A stretch of DNA of 64,000 nucleotides, taken from NCBI RefSeq assembly GCF_009914755.1, contig NC_060942.1; one strand, 5' to 3'. Source of the DNA: the human T2T-CHM13v2.0 reference genome, Homo sapiens. The position numbers and the translations under genes are program-made. The notes beneath the pieces are model-generated. The model saw only the letters and a list, made by a program, of their open reading frames with translations, ran no database searches and had not been told where the DNA came from. Position 1 is the stretch's first letter, and each line of letters opens with the position of its first letter. Below, one piece after another: positions 37,744 through 49,995 of this stretch.

Positions 37744-40700
37744 AAGTTGGTGGTTTCCTATAGTGATAAGGTTTGATTCCTTTTTCCTTTTCCATTTGTA
37801 TATCTGCTCTACCAGTGAGTTTTATACTTCTGTGTGTTTTCATGATGGTACTCATCATCTTTGCTTTCATATGTGTGACTCCTGTCAGCATTTTTTGTAA
37901 GGCTCATCTAGTATTGATGAATTCCCTCCAGTCTTGCTTGTCTGAGAAAGACTTTATTCCTCCATTTATGAGATAGCTTTGCTGTGTATAGTATTCTTGG
38001 CTGGCATTTTTTTTTTCTTTGTTTTAGCACTTTGAATACAACATTCAATTCTTTCCTGGCCTATTAGGTCTCTGCTGAAAAAATGCTATTAGTCTGATTC
38101 CCTTATGTGTGACCTCATGCTTTTTCTCTTGCTGTTGGTAGAATTCTCTTTGACTTTTGTCAGTCTTTGTCTTTGACTTTTGTCAGTTTTACTATAGTGT
38201 TCCTCAGAAAGGATCATTTTGGGCTGACTCTATTTGGGAACTTTGAGCTTCTTGAATCAGATGTCCATATCTCTCCCAAGACTTGGGAAATTTTCAGCTA
38301 TTATTTTATTAAATAGATTTTCTATGTCTTTCTCTATCTCTTTCCTTCTGAAACTTCCATTATGTAAACACTTGTTCACTTAGTGATGTCCCATAAGTCC
38401 TACAGGCTTTCTTTGTTCTTTTTTTTTCTTCTTCTTCTTTGTCTGACTGGCTTATTTCAAAAGATGTGGCTTCAAGTTCATAGAGTCTTTCTTCTGCTTC
38501 ATCTCATCTATTGTTGAAACTCTTAATTGTATTTTTTATTTTATCCATTCAATTCTTTAGTTCCAGTATTTCTGTCTGTTTCCTTTTTATTACATCTCTC
38601 TCTATTTCTCATTTAGGTCATGAGTTGTTTTCCTGATTTCATTGCATTGTCTATCTGTATTCTCTTGTATATCACGGAGTTTCCTTAAGATAATTATTTT
38701 TAATTTGTTTTCAGGCATCTCATGGTTTCCTTTTCTTTAAGGTCTGTTACTGGAAATGTATTGTGTTCCATTAGAGTTGTCATGTTTCTTTACGTTTTTG
38801 TGTTTCTTGTGTGCTTCCATTGATATCTGCATATCTGGTGGAACAGTCACCTCTTCCAACATTATTGGAGTAGCTTTTGTAGGAATAGATTTTATTTTCT
38901 GGTAGATGTATCCTGTAGCATTGGTTGAGTAGGGTGATTTGGCTTTGGTTCTGGGTGGGTGCAGTAGTGTAGTCTCTGTGTAATTTTTTTCAGCTGTAAT
39001 CACTGCCAGTGGTGTCTGCAAGTGCTTCAGTGGCCTAGGCTGTAGGTTTTTTTTTCGGAGGCAGTGGTGCAGCTTTGCTGGGGCTGGCTCTCAGGCCCTG
39101 GCGGAGCATGCACAAACCACAGTGGCTTTGCTGTGGAGATGGGGTGAGGTTACTGGCAGGCACCAGGCAAGCCAGTCCTCAGTCCCTGGGGGCATGGGCA
39201 ATGTGCAGTTTCTCTGCAGGGGGTTGGGGGTTGCTGACAGCAATTAGCATTGGGAGGGCTGGTCGTCTGTCCCCGGGGAGTCCATGCAGCCTTCAGTGGC
39301 TCTGCTGGTGGAGGAGGCAAGGTTGCTGGTGGTGGTGGGTTGCTCTCAGCCCCTGGGGAGCACATGCATCAGCTTTTCTGATCCTGGGGACAGGCCCCTG
39401 CTGCACTGGACCACCCACTACCTGGAGTGTAGGGTGTTCTTTGGGCTTGTGTGCTGGGGTCATGGCTGCACTACTGGGTGTTTGTGGAGGCAGCTGGGGT
39501 CATAGCACTGGAGCTTTCCTCAGCATGGTAAGATGATAGTGGGTTCACCACAGGGACAGGGAGATGCAGGGGTTACTGGGGTTCAGGGCAGGGTGCTCTG
39601 TGGTAATGGTTCCCCTCTCAAAATGGTGCCATGCCATAGCCTAGATCCCAGGGAATGTGGAAGACCTGACATAATTTCACTCTCCGGAGCAGTGCAGATG
39701 CATGGACTCCAGGCAGCTCCTCATACTGTGCTAAGGGGCTGCAAGGACCATTGAGCTTTGCTGTAGCTAGGATTGTAGGCATCTGTGATAGCATTGGGGA
39801 CCACTGGGGATCTCCCACTTAGCTTTTCCCTGCAAAGTGGGGTCCCTCTTGGCTCTGAGTTCATCCTCACCAGGTACTTTGCCTCCCTCTCTATGCTGCC
39901 TTCTAGAGTTCTCATGTTTCTGAGGGTCTTTGTCACTTTTCTTGCTGAATTCCAGTGCTGCTGCTTTAGGGAGGAGTGCTTATTGGCAGTAACAATTGAT
40001 TGGAATCAAGCATGGGAGAATTTCAGCTGACTGGATGCCTGCCCCTTGACTTGGAAGATGAATAGCCCTTCCAGAAGGCACCTCCCATTGGCATCCTATC
40101 CCTTGAATAATTTAAAAGTGAACTTAAAGTCATTTCAGGAAAATATGTACCATCTACCTTGTGTCAGCATGGACTGTATCAAATCACCAAATGGACCTTC
40201 CCCACCTCTCTTTTATATTTTTTATGGAGAAAGTCAGTTCTCCTCCAGCCAAATGTTACTCATGAAGTTTGTCCATGCCCCTAACTTCAATTTCTTACTC
40301 TTCTGCCCCCTTTTTTGGAGCGTCAAGGGCCACTAACTGGCCTTTGGAAGCCACTCCTCACTCTGACCTTACCTCCCCAGATGGCATGGCACATGGCAAT
40401 TTTCTCCTTGGGTCATGAAGATTTGTCCATGTCAAAATTCTACAAAGTCCTGATAAATGATGTCAGATTGCTAGGTTGGGACATGATGGTAGCTTAGTGA
40501 GTTAAATGTAGCACACCATCTTCTGAGGATCAGACTTTTCACAAGAGGATGGCACTAATTAAGGTCCAGGCAGTGGGACAGGATGGGATAGGGAGTAGGA
40601 AGAGACAAGCAAGTCTTTTTAACATGACTCAGATCTCACAAGTGGTTTTATCTGCCCAAGATCATCAAGAATAAATGAAGGAAGGGGAAATGGGGAAAAA

Positions 40701-41869
40701 TTGTGTGTATGGGGAATTGGGGTGGGAAGGGACAATATTGGAAAGGGATAATGCTGGAAGGAAATTTTAGGCTGTGGTTGGAGTTTCTTGCTTCCTTTGA
40801 GAGAAAATTGTTCAACCATTTCCTTTAAAAGTGTAAAGCATACAATTAATCTACAAATCTAGATCTGGTGTGGGAAATGAGATCCCCAAAGAAATACAAG
40901 TTTGGGATTTTGGAATGGTGTGTATGTGTGTGTGTGCACAGAGATATTTTCTATATTAAAATATCTACAGCATGATCAGGACAAAAATTGCTGAATTCTA
41001 AAGGTATATTAGGAAAATTTAGTTTATCTTGATTCATTTTCTTAAAGGAAGAGAATTAGAGATTTAGAGCTTGGAGGAAAACTATAATCTTAACCAGAGG
41101 TTGATAGTGAAGAAGAAAGAAGAAACCCAGAGACAACCTTTAAAAAGCAGATTTCTATAAGCTGAAGGAATTCATTAAGAAGTTTCTCACTACCTAATGG
41201 AGGGGAAAAATCAAATGAGTAAAGAAATATGGGAGAAAAACAGGTGCCCTTTAAATATGCAGCTCAGGAGCCTCAGGAAAAATTCTGGAACTTAGAAAAG
41301 ATGGGAATGGAACGAAGATGGAGATGTATTCACGGATCTATAAAAGGAAGAGGTGAGAACAGGTGGGGCAGAGAAAGGAGAGCGAGAGAGGGGAGAAAAA
41401 CAAATCACAGAGGAACAAAGAGGTGGCCTCATCCTGTGGACACAAGAGCAGAAAGGTTAGACAGGCTTTTATGAAATTTTACCAGAAGCATTCTTCATTT
41501 GCATTACATGTCCCAATGGACAAAGAGGGCAAGCAGGTAGCAGAAGGATTCAAAATAGCACAGGTTTTAATGTGTAGTTTTACATCTGTCTTTACTAAAA
41601 GATGCTACATGTTGATGTAAGGTCTGTGGGTTACACTCAGAAAGCAACCACAAGCAGACATTTTGTCTCATACAGAACCAATTCCCAATAATTCTCAAGA
41701 TTTCTGATCCCCTTCCAGCCAGCCAGTGATAGATGAGTACAGTAGAATGCTTCTTTTTTGAGGCTTTCCCTCGTCTTTAGCAGTTGGGCTTGTTTTGCAG
41801 GCATGGAGTCTCAGCCCATGTGTCCTGGCCAGGGCCAGTATACTTGAAATAGACCAGACATCCTCTGCA

Positions 41870-43380
41870 AAAAGCTGCCTGAAATGAAACCCGCAGGGAC
41901 TCACAACACTCAATTTGAATGGACCTGGAGAATTATTGGCAGGGACCATTGGGGAGAAACCAGCAATTATTCTGAGCCTTCACAGAGAAGTGGTGTTGCC
42001 TCGGGAGCTCCACAAAGAGCAAACATGATGCCCTTCTTTTAGGAAGCAGAAAAAGATGACCACATTCCTTATAGCCTGATAAGCTTAACCTGGCTTCTGG
42101 GGAAGATGCTAGAACAAATCATCAAGCAATCAATGTGCAGTCAACCAGAAGGGGGCAAGGCCCAGGGAGCTTATGAACACAGCCGTGTAAAGAGTAAATC
42201 AAGTTGGACCAATTTAATTTCTTTCTATGACAGAGTGACAAGCCATGTAGATAAGGTGGAAGCAATAGATGTAATCGACCTGAGGCCTCAGCAAGGCATT
42301 TGCTTCTGCCCCACGTGACAGGCTCAGTGACAAGCTGGCTTGCTGTGGTTCAGGCCAGGGGTCAACAACCCCAGAGCTTACAAGATGGCCATGGATTCAG
42401 CTCTTGCCATGTGCTCCTCCTTGTTGCTCCACTGCCTCAGTGAGTCAATGTTTATTGTCACACAATTCTATTTAACAAACCTGTGTTTTGTGCCTACTTA
42501 GGGTTTGTTCACCACTAGCACTTAATAAATGTCTCTGAAATGAATGAATGCTTAGGCATGTGAGCAGCAATGTTAGGAGACTGGAGCAAGGAAGCTTAAC
42601 CCCAATCCATCCCCTCCATTGCAAACAGACAACCAGCAAATACTTAGCAATTTGCTCCTCCATCCATACAAATGCCAGAATCCAGTTTTGAGTTTATACC
42701 ATACTAAGATTGTGTGTGTGCAGAGGTGAAGGCAGGATCTGCCTCCCAACATTTGCCATTTTCTCAGAATAAACAGAGAGAGAAAGAGAAAGGGAGAGAG
42801 AGGGAGAGAGAGAGAGACAAAGAGAACCAAAAGGAAGAGATGTTCTTTAGATTACCCACCTTTATCTGTAGTGTAGATGATAGACTTTATAATGCAACGT
42901 ATCCATGGATCATAACAAAGTAGACTAAATTGAATAAGTCACAGAAAACAGACTAGTTCAATGAAGACACATGAAACAAGATTCAAGAATGACACTGAAC
43001 TACTCAGGCACAAGATTGGTCTTTGTCCAGATTGTAGGTCAGGCTGGACCTCCAGATGGGGAGAGAAGCCACATGGCTTCAATGAATGGCAGAAGGCAAA
43101 TGCCATCTAGCCAGGAAGCCAACACTCTTCAGTGCCCCCACAGAGGAGACCTTATGTGGTTTTTAGTCCTGTTTCTTAGGAAAGATGAGGAAAAACTGGA
43201 ATCAGTATAGGAAAAAAATGACTAAAGTGATTTAATGGATGGGGAAATATTTTGAGGCATTAGAGAAATAGCAAAAGCAGTTAAACTAAAGAGAAGGCTA
43301 TCAGGTATGACAACTGTTGTCAAGGACAAAGGAATGATAAGGGAAGTGCCGATGATTATTCTCTATCTTCCCTCTCAGTA
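41870..43380 (+). mobile_element. Second L3/CR1 LINE relic (RT domain and 3' region), interrupted
   Basis: ORF 42106-42318 MLEQIIKQSMC..KSKSSWTNLISFYDRVTSHVDKVEAIDVID matches CR1 RT (GKIMEQI..KSCLTNLISFYDKVT..VD...VDV.YLDFSKAFD). The 3' part aaagatgaggaaaaactggaatcagtatag resembles KDxEKLE. Confidence 0.8.
42775..42822. repeat. (GA)n-rich microsatellite
   Basis: Direct reading. Confidence 0.85.
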
Positions 43381-44086
43381 AGAAAAAAGAAAATGAAAGA
43401 TTTTATTTTAAAAAGCTTTTTTTTTTGTTTCAAAATAACATACACACACACTTTGAAATTAAAGAATGCTAAAAGACTTAAAAACAGTATTCCCCTGTCT
43501 TGACTGTTCTCAAGTCCTGCTCCCAAGGCAGGTATTTTTAAAACTCTTTTAGCAGCTTATTTAGTTATTTACCTTCAAATAATATGCTTATATTGTATTT
43601 CTTCCCTTTATCAATGTTTTAATATTGTTTATGAATTTTTATTATCCCTCCCACTTTCCCATCCTCCCAGTAGAGTTACATAACAATTTTGGGTTAAATC
43701 AATATTTAAGGATACATTGCTAAGACTGGGTAGCTACTGTTCACTGCTGAGCCACATAGTGTGCTACAATTACATTTCATTTTTGTGTGTTTATCTTGGA
43801 GTTAATAATTGTCTCCTTTCATTGCTTTAATTTGGATTCTGGTTGGCTTATTGTTCTGTGTACCTATCACTAGTTCTTCCCAAACTCTCTAATAGAGCTG
43901 TAAATTTTCTCCCTGCATTACCTCTCACTTGGAAAACAGAAAAAAATACATATATACTTACTTGGTTTTCTTCCTGAAGACCTCTGTCTTCCTGCTCCTA
44001 GATGAATGGGTTGTTTACTAGGCATGTTGCCCACCTGTCATTTTGCAGCCACCATTTCCAGTATTTGTTAATGTCCTTTCCCCTCT

Positions 44087-44300
44087 GTATTAGTTTGCTA
44101 GGTCTGCCATTAAAAAGTGCCACACACGAACAACAGAAATTTATTGCCTCACAGTTCTGAGGCTGGAAGACAGAGATTAAGATGTCAGCAGGGCCCTGCT
44201 CGCTCTGAAGGCACTAGGAGAGGATCTGTGCTGACTTCATTCCTAGCTTCTGGTGGTTCTTTTGTTGTGACAGCATCATTTCAACATTCACATGTCGTTC

Positions 44301-44331
<31 letters not shown>

Positions 44332-44535
44332 CTGTCTGTCTGTCTCTTCACATGGCATTTTTCTTATAAAAATTTGAGCCATATTGGATTAGGGTCCCAC
44401 CCTACTCCAGCATGATCTCATATTAATTAATTACATCTACAATGACCATGTTTAAAAATAAGGTCACATTATGAGGCACTGGGGGTTAGGACTTCTGCAT
44501 ATAAATTTTGAGGGGATGAAACTCAACCCATAACA
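44087..44535 (-). mobile_element. MLT1 (B/C/D-like) MaLR solo LTR containing (GT)14
   Basis: tgtattagtttgctagg...caacccataaca termini; TSD ccctc/gcctc. Confidence 0.85.
44304..44345. repeat. (GT)n(CTGT)n microsatellite
   Basis: Direct reading. Confidence 0.95.
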
Positions 44536-45389
44536 GCCTCTCCCCCATATTTCTTGTCTCCTGTATCTCATGTCCTGTTTTTCTTGGTTATTCCCTCATT
44601 GGGAAGGAACACGTTTCAATAGCTTCTTTCTGAATGATAAATGAGAAGATTTTGTTCCTATAATGGGCATGGTTTTGGATAATTTGGCTACACTGAAAGT
44701 TCTAAACTGAAAATTACTTTTCCTTGGAGTTTTAATGGGGCTGTCTTAATGCTATGCATTTTTGTGTGCTGTTGAGAAGTCTGATGCCATTCTGATTTCA
44801 AACATTTTATATGAAAGCCATATTTCTCCTTATGGCAATTTTTAAGGTCTTCTTATCCCAGGTATTCTGAAACTGGCATGTTTCATTGTATTAAGCACTT
44901 AGTTTTCCCTTTTAATTTGGAAACTTGTATTCTTCTATAGGAAACAGTTTACTTTTATTTATTTAATTATTTCATCTCTTCCATTTTTGGTTTTAATTCA
45001 TAGTGATTTCTCTTAGTAGGATATTATTTCCTAAATTTATGATCATTATACTCCTGTTTTCCTTTTTTTTTTTTTTTTTTGAGTTTATTCATTCTGGAAA
45101 ATTTCCTTATCTTGCTTTTTAACTTTTCCCTGGCTTTTCAAAAACTTTTGGTTGTATAATTTTAAGAGTTCTTTGATATTTTCTGAGTATTGTTTTTAAA
45201 GAGAAACTATACTATTCTTTTTTCATAGATATAATATCTTTTCTTCTTTCCCTGAGAGCATTAACTACTATAGGGGTTTTTTTTATTAGTTTTCTTCTGT
45301 TCTATATATTTTTTGTTATCCTGAGTTCCTTTTTCCCTGCTAGATTGTCTTTCCTATTGGATACTTTCCCAAAATGACAGGTTCTCTAT

Positions 45390-46400
45390 GTTAAATTTCA
45401 GCCCAAGCTACTATAACAGAGTTCCCTGCAACCTAACTTCAATATATAATTTTATTTTCCTGTCTTATACTTGTGCAGACATAGGTTGTCATGATCATTT
45501 GACTGCCTTTCTCAACAGATAGCTTTTGTCTCTGGGTCCAAGTTGGCTACCTCAGCTGCCACTATCACAACTGCATCCCACCCACAGGGAACAAAGGAAA
45601 GGAGAGAGGAATACACGCCCATGGCTTTCAGGGCATGGCCTGGAAGGGGCACACATCACTTCTGATCACACCCTTTTGGCCAGACACATGGCTGGTTGTC
45701 ACATGGCAACAATTAGCTTCCAGGGAGAGTGAGAAATGGTCTCATGTTAGGTGGCCATATTTCCATCTAAAACTCAGGAATTTTTTAATTGAAGAAAATA
45801 GATATCAGTAAAAAGCAGCAGGCTTTGCACAATCCACATAATACAGAGTTTACAGAAATCAGTCTAGCTATTGAAGGAGAAAGAGATTTAATAAAGGGAA
45901 TTGAGTGTTTTTAAAATCACCTAGAGGACTGGGCTCCAGGATTTTATGCTGAGCTCCTAACAACTTCAGAGACCTACTTGTCAAGGGACTCCTACCTTTG
46001 CCATATCCAGAGGGGCAGGGAGACAGGAGGTTGTAACAGGAAGAATTGAGTTCAAGAACATTTTGTCAAAGATGTGATCCAAGGATCAGGACGCTGCCAC
46101 AGCTCACCACCACCTCTCACAAAGCTGGAGACTGGTACTGGGAAGACTGTTGTCTGAAGCTTTCATCATCTTGCTTGCCGGCAGAAAGCCCTAAGCGTTA
46201 GGAAGATGGCCTCTACCTCCCTTCCACCTTTCAAAATTGCCAGATGCCTCTTATTGATGAAACCAAATTCACTTCTCATACCCTGGCTGCAAGGAAATCT
46301 GGGAAATGTCCCTTTTAGCTTTCCAGGTTTTAGAGTACGGCAAGACAGACTTCGAGGAGGCAGACATAGAACTGAGGGCCAACCCCACATGTCCAAGACT
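45390..46400. mobile_element. Ancient MaLR/ERVL LTR fragments
   Basis: gcacacatcacttctgatcacacccttttggccaga; ctggctgcaaggaaatctgggaaatgt (MLT1J/K-like). Confidence 0.5.
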
Positions 46401-47559
46401 CTGGCAATTCTGTCCTATTCATTAGTCTTTACTAGTAGGGCAGAAACAACAGATGAGGTGGGAACCCTGCTCTTTTACTTGAGGGTGGGTTCCCCAAATG
46501 TTATTAAAGATTGTCTATTCTCTGGGACTTTCTCCAAGAAGAAACCTTCAGTCTTCAGCCTGGGGTTATAAACTGGTTAAAGCATTTGGAGACCTGGAAA
46601 GGTCAACTCCTGGTTACAGCCCAGCCTCGCCCTGCCCTCCCTCTACATGAAGTCTTTGAAATAAAAATCTCGGTCTTTCACCTAAAAATTCATGTAAATT
46701 TTGTAATCGACTCCATAATAAAGATTTGTTTTAATATAAAAAAAATCTCTGCCAAATTTGGAGGTGAGTTAATGTTTCAAAAAGATGTTCCATGTTTAAT
46801 TTATATTTTAAAAACTATCCTGTGGCACAAGGCCACAGACCCTTCCCCATCCCCACCTCTAGGAATATATCTTCCAGTTTGAGAAATGCAAACCCAGATT
46901 ATTTCTCTAATATTCTAGGATCCTACAATGATTTTTCCCTTCTTAGTAGGTAGGTAAAAATGAAAAACAGCCAAGGAAACGAAGAGAAGCTTGAAGAAGA
47001 ATGACCTACTTCCTTTTTAAAAAATAAATCATAGCAGGAAAAAGCTGGAATGGAAAATTCAGAACAGTGATCAATACTTAGAGAAAAGAAACCAAAAGGC
47101 CAGGTTTTATTGCATGATCCATGCACTGTGTCCAAGAAAGCAGCTAACTGTGAACACAGGTTTCCAGGGCTAGGAGGAGGTAAAGACAATCCCCTCGCCC
47201 CTTTTCTTTTTAATGAAAGGAGCCAATGAGAACCTGCTGGAAGTAAATTCAGTGCTTCTGGAAAATGCCATATTCCTGCTTCAGGAAGCCCCCAGCCTAC
47301 CTTTTTTACTGCATGGGCGCCAGACACAATAAATCATGCATTGTTTCCTTCCAGCCCTTGGACTGGCTGATGGTGACATGTCCAAGACACCCTCACCATT
47401 GTGTCTGGGTGTCAGGCTGGGCAAAATCAGTTGGTATAGACCTGGTGAGAAAAAACAAAATGGAGCCGTATGTGGCCACTTGAAAGCAGGAACATGTACA
47501 GTGACACTTCTGAGCGGGAGAAAAAAGGGCAGAAAGGTGAGCGAGGAAGAGAATGCTTG

Positions 47560-47995
47560 GATTTGTGTTGCAGTTTGTGGGTTAAAGAGCACTTTGACAG
47601 ACGTGGCCTCCTTCAGCCCTCTCAACTCTGTGAGACAGCACCATTTTAGAGATGAATAAATGCAATGTGAGCAAAGTTCATGAATTTATTCAATGTTGCA
47701 AAGGTAAGTAGACTCTGAATTCAAACACAGGACTGTCAGATTGCCAGATGGATAATCTGTTAACTACACTCTTTTCATGTCTGAAAGAGAGAAGCCAGAA
47801 GGCTTTGGAGCTTAGTCCCAGCTCTACCACTGAAGCTAACTGTGTGGCCTTGGGTAGTTACTTACACTCTCAGTGTCTTCCTCTGCACAATAGAGATAAT
47901 AATAGCAGCTACCCCATTGGACAGTCAAGGGGATGAAATTAGATAATACATGAAAAGTACTTAGCACAGGGCCTGGGACTTAGTGAGATGTACTA
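47560..47995. mobile_element. Two MIR fragments in opposite orientations
   Basis: ccattttagagatgaa... and ctgtgtggccttgggtagttactta...aagtacttagcacagggcctgg. Confidence 0.65.
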
Positions 47996-48207
47996 GCTAC
48001 TCTTGCTATGCAAACCCCTGGGAATTGTAGAAGAGGAGCATTCAGTGAAATATGGGACAGAATGGAATGTCATTCCAGGTAAATGACTTACGATGCTTAT
48101 CAGATTTATTTCCCAGTCTTCCTCTATTCTGCATGGAATCGCAGAGAGGTACACTTCTCAGGCTTCTTTGCCAGGCAGTGTCCATGTAGTTTTGGTAAAT
48201 GGGAGAC

Positions 48208-48263
48208 TATATTAAGCAGTGTTCTCTGGAGAAACAGAACCAATAAGAGATAGATAGATAGAC

Positions 48264-48334
<71 letters not shown>

Positions 48335-48555
48335 GATAAAGATAGATGAATAGACAGGTAGGTGATTGATAGATGATCATGATAACAGATGATTGATGGA
48401 TAAATGATAGATAATGATGATAGGCACGTAGATGATAAATGATTGATAGATAATAATGATAATAGTTGATAGATGGTGATACTTTGATAAATAATAGATA
48501 AATAGTTGATTGATAGATGATAATAGATGATTGATAGATAATAGATGATACATAG

Positions 48556-48601
<46 letters not shown>

Positions 48602-48932
48602 CTTTAAATCAAGGAACTGGTTCATATGATTGTTGGGGCTGACAAGTCTAAAATTTGTCAGGCAGCCTGGCAAGGCTACACATTCAGGCAGGTGATGGTG
48701 CAGTCGTAAGGCAGAATTTCTTCTCTGAGAAACCTGTTTTTGCTCTTAAGGCCTTCAACTGTTTGAACGAGGCCCACCCATACCACCGAGGGTAATCTAC
48801 TTTCCCTAAAGTCAATTGATTGTAGATGTTAGCCCTGTGTATAAAATATCTTCACAGAAACACATAGATTAGCATTTTATCAGATAACTGGGTTCTGCAG
48901 TCTAGCCAAGCTTACACATAAAACTAACTACC
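48208..48932. mobile_element. MLT2 (ERVL) LTR hosting a GATA array
   Basis: gttctctggagaaacagaaccaata...aaggaactggttcatatgattgttggggctgacaagtc...acacataaaactaac. Confidence 0.8.
48248..48601. repeat. Complex (GATA)n tetranucleotide STR
   Basis: Two pure AGAT runs flanking a degenerate GAT/GATA core. Confidence 0.95.
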
Positions 48933-49809
48933 AGAGAGGCATGGCCAGAACCGGGAGAGGGCACGGAGAGGTGAGGGCAGGCCTCCCATCTCTGTGTCCC
49001 AGAGGTGATGGTGCACCTTCTGGGCAGCCTTTCAATCCTGGACTCAGTCTCACTAAGCAGCCAAAGCCCATGGTTCCAGCACCTTTAGTTGGCCTGCTTC
49101 ACACCCTTCTCCCATGGCCTCTCTAGCCCTAGGGTGGCAGTGGCTTCCTGCTCTGACCAATCTCTGAGTAGTCTCCTTGTCTCAATTTGGTGTTCTTGGC
49201 ACTTCCATTGCCTGGGTCACCAATTCCTTGTGTGTAGGACCTAGCATGGGTTCTGCCTTGGCACTGACTGGGAGGACTTTTTGGTTAGACAGGTCTTCAC
49301 TCAGCTTTCCTTAAATTGCACCATGTGCCTTCCAGTCATGCAAGTTAGTTCTGGGGATGAGTTTTGAGAAGTGAAGAAGACAGATGCAAAATGAAGACTT
49401 GTCCCATGACCACCCTCATAGCTACTTAGGTGGAGCAAAGCTGGATGGGCAGAGAGGATAAAGTCACGGTGCTGACCTCCCAAGGACAGAAGAAAGACCA
49501 TTGACTTGATCCTGGAGGACCCTGTTTACTTGTTGGCATTGGCTTTTCCAAAGTCATCACCAAATACCTGCATGTCTTAATGAGCAGCACAGCACCACGT
49601 GTGTACAGCCCCTCTTCTATCAAGACCAGGGCTGTTCTGGGATAGTCCTCTGGCTGGAAGAGGTATAAGCAGTGAGCAGCTGCTGACGGTCACAAATCTC
49701 ATGTCTCCTGGTGTGCACTAGGGCTGAAGACACTAGGGCTGGCCAGTGAGGAAAGTTTAGGAGCAAAGGAGCCAATCTCCTCCCCACACCACATCTTTCC
49801 CTGCTTTAG

Positions 49810-49995
49810 TTTTCTCCAAAGTGCTTAGCAATCTCTGCCATACTGTTGAGTTGATTATTTATGTGCTTATCTCTGTGCTCAGGGCTACAAGTTCCACAGA
49901 GGCAGGCAGTTTGGTCTCTGCTCACCGACCGCATCTTTCCCAGAGCACCTAGCAGCACCTGGCTCAGAGTAGATACCCAGTGGATTTCAAACGGA
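49810..49995 (+). mobile_element. L2 3' end fragment
   Basis: acaagttccacagaggcagg...cccagagcacctagcagcacctggctcagagtag. Confidence 0.65.

Larger units (their letters stand above)
33195..39960 (-). mobile_element. Near full-length decayed L1 (L1MA-like 3' end; ORF2, ORF1 and GC-rich 5' UTR remnants)
   Basis: ORF 35672-36064 ([20 protein letters not shown]..KSPxxDGFxxEFY..ENYRPISL) is ORF2 Z/RT. ORF 36495-36752 (LGHKTSLSKF.KIEII) is endonuclease. Many stops and frameshifts. Confidence 0.93.
43390..45370 (-). mobile_element. Very old L1M fragments (T-rich, ORF1-region-like motifs)
   Basis: gctgttgagaagtctgatgccattctgatt motif and strong T skew; boundaries approximate. Confidence 0.55.
48100..49260. 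mobile_element. LTR33/LTR16-like ERVL LTR interrupted by MLT2
   Basis: Flanks ...ggtaaatgggag and ...gccctagggtggcagtggcttcctgct...accaattcc. Confidence 0.45.

Noticed and set aside
38146-38190. Small local duplications (tctttgacttttgtcagt x2; also near 16070, 28470, 49716)
   Set aside because: Ordinary slippage-scale duplications with no sign of function.
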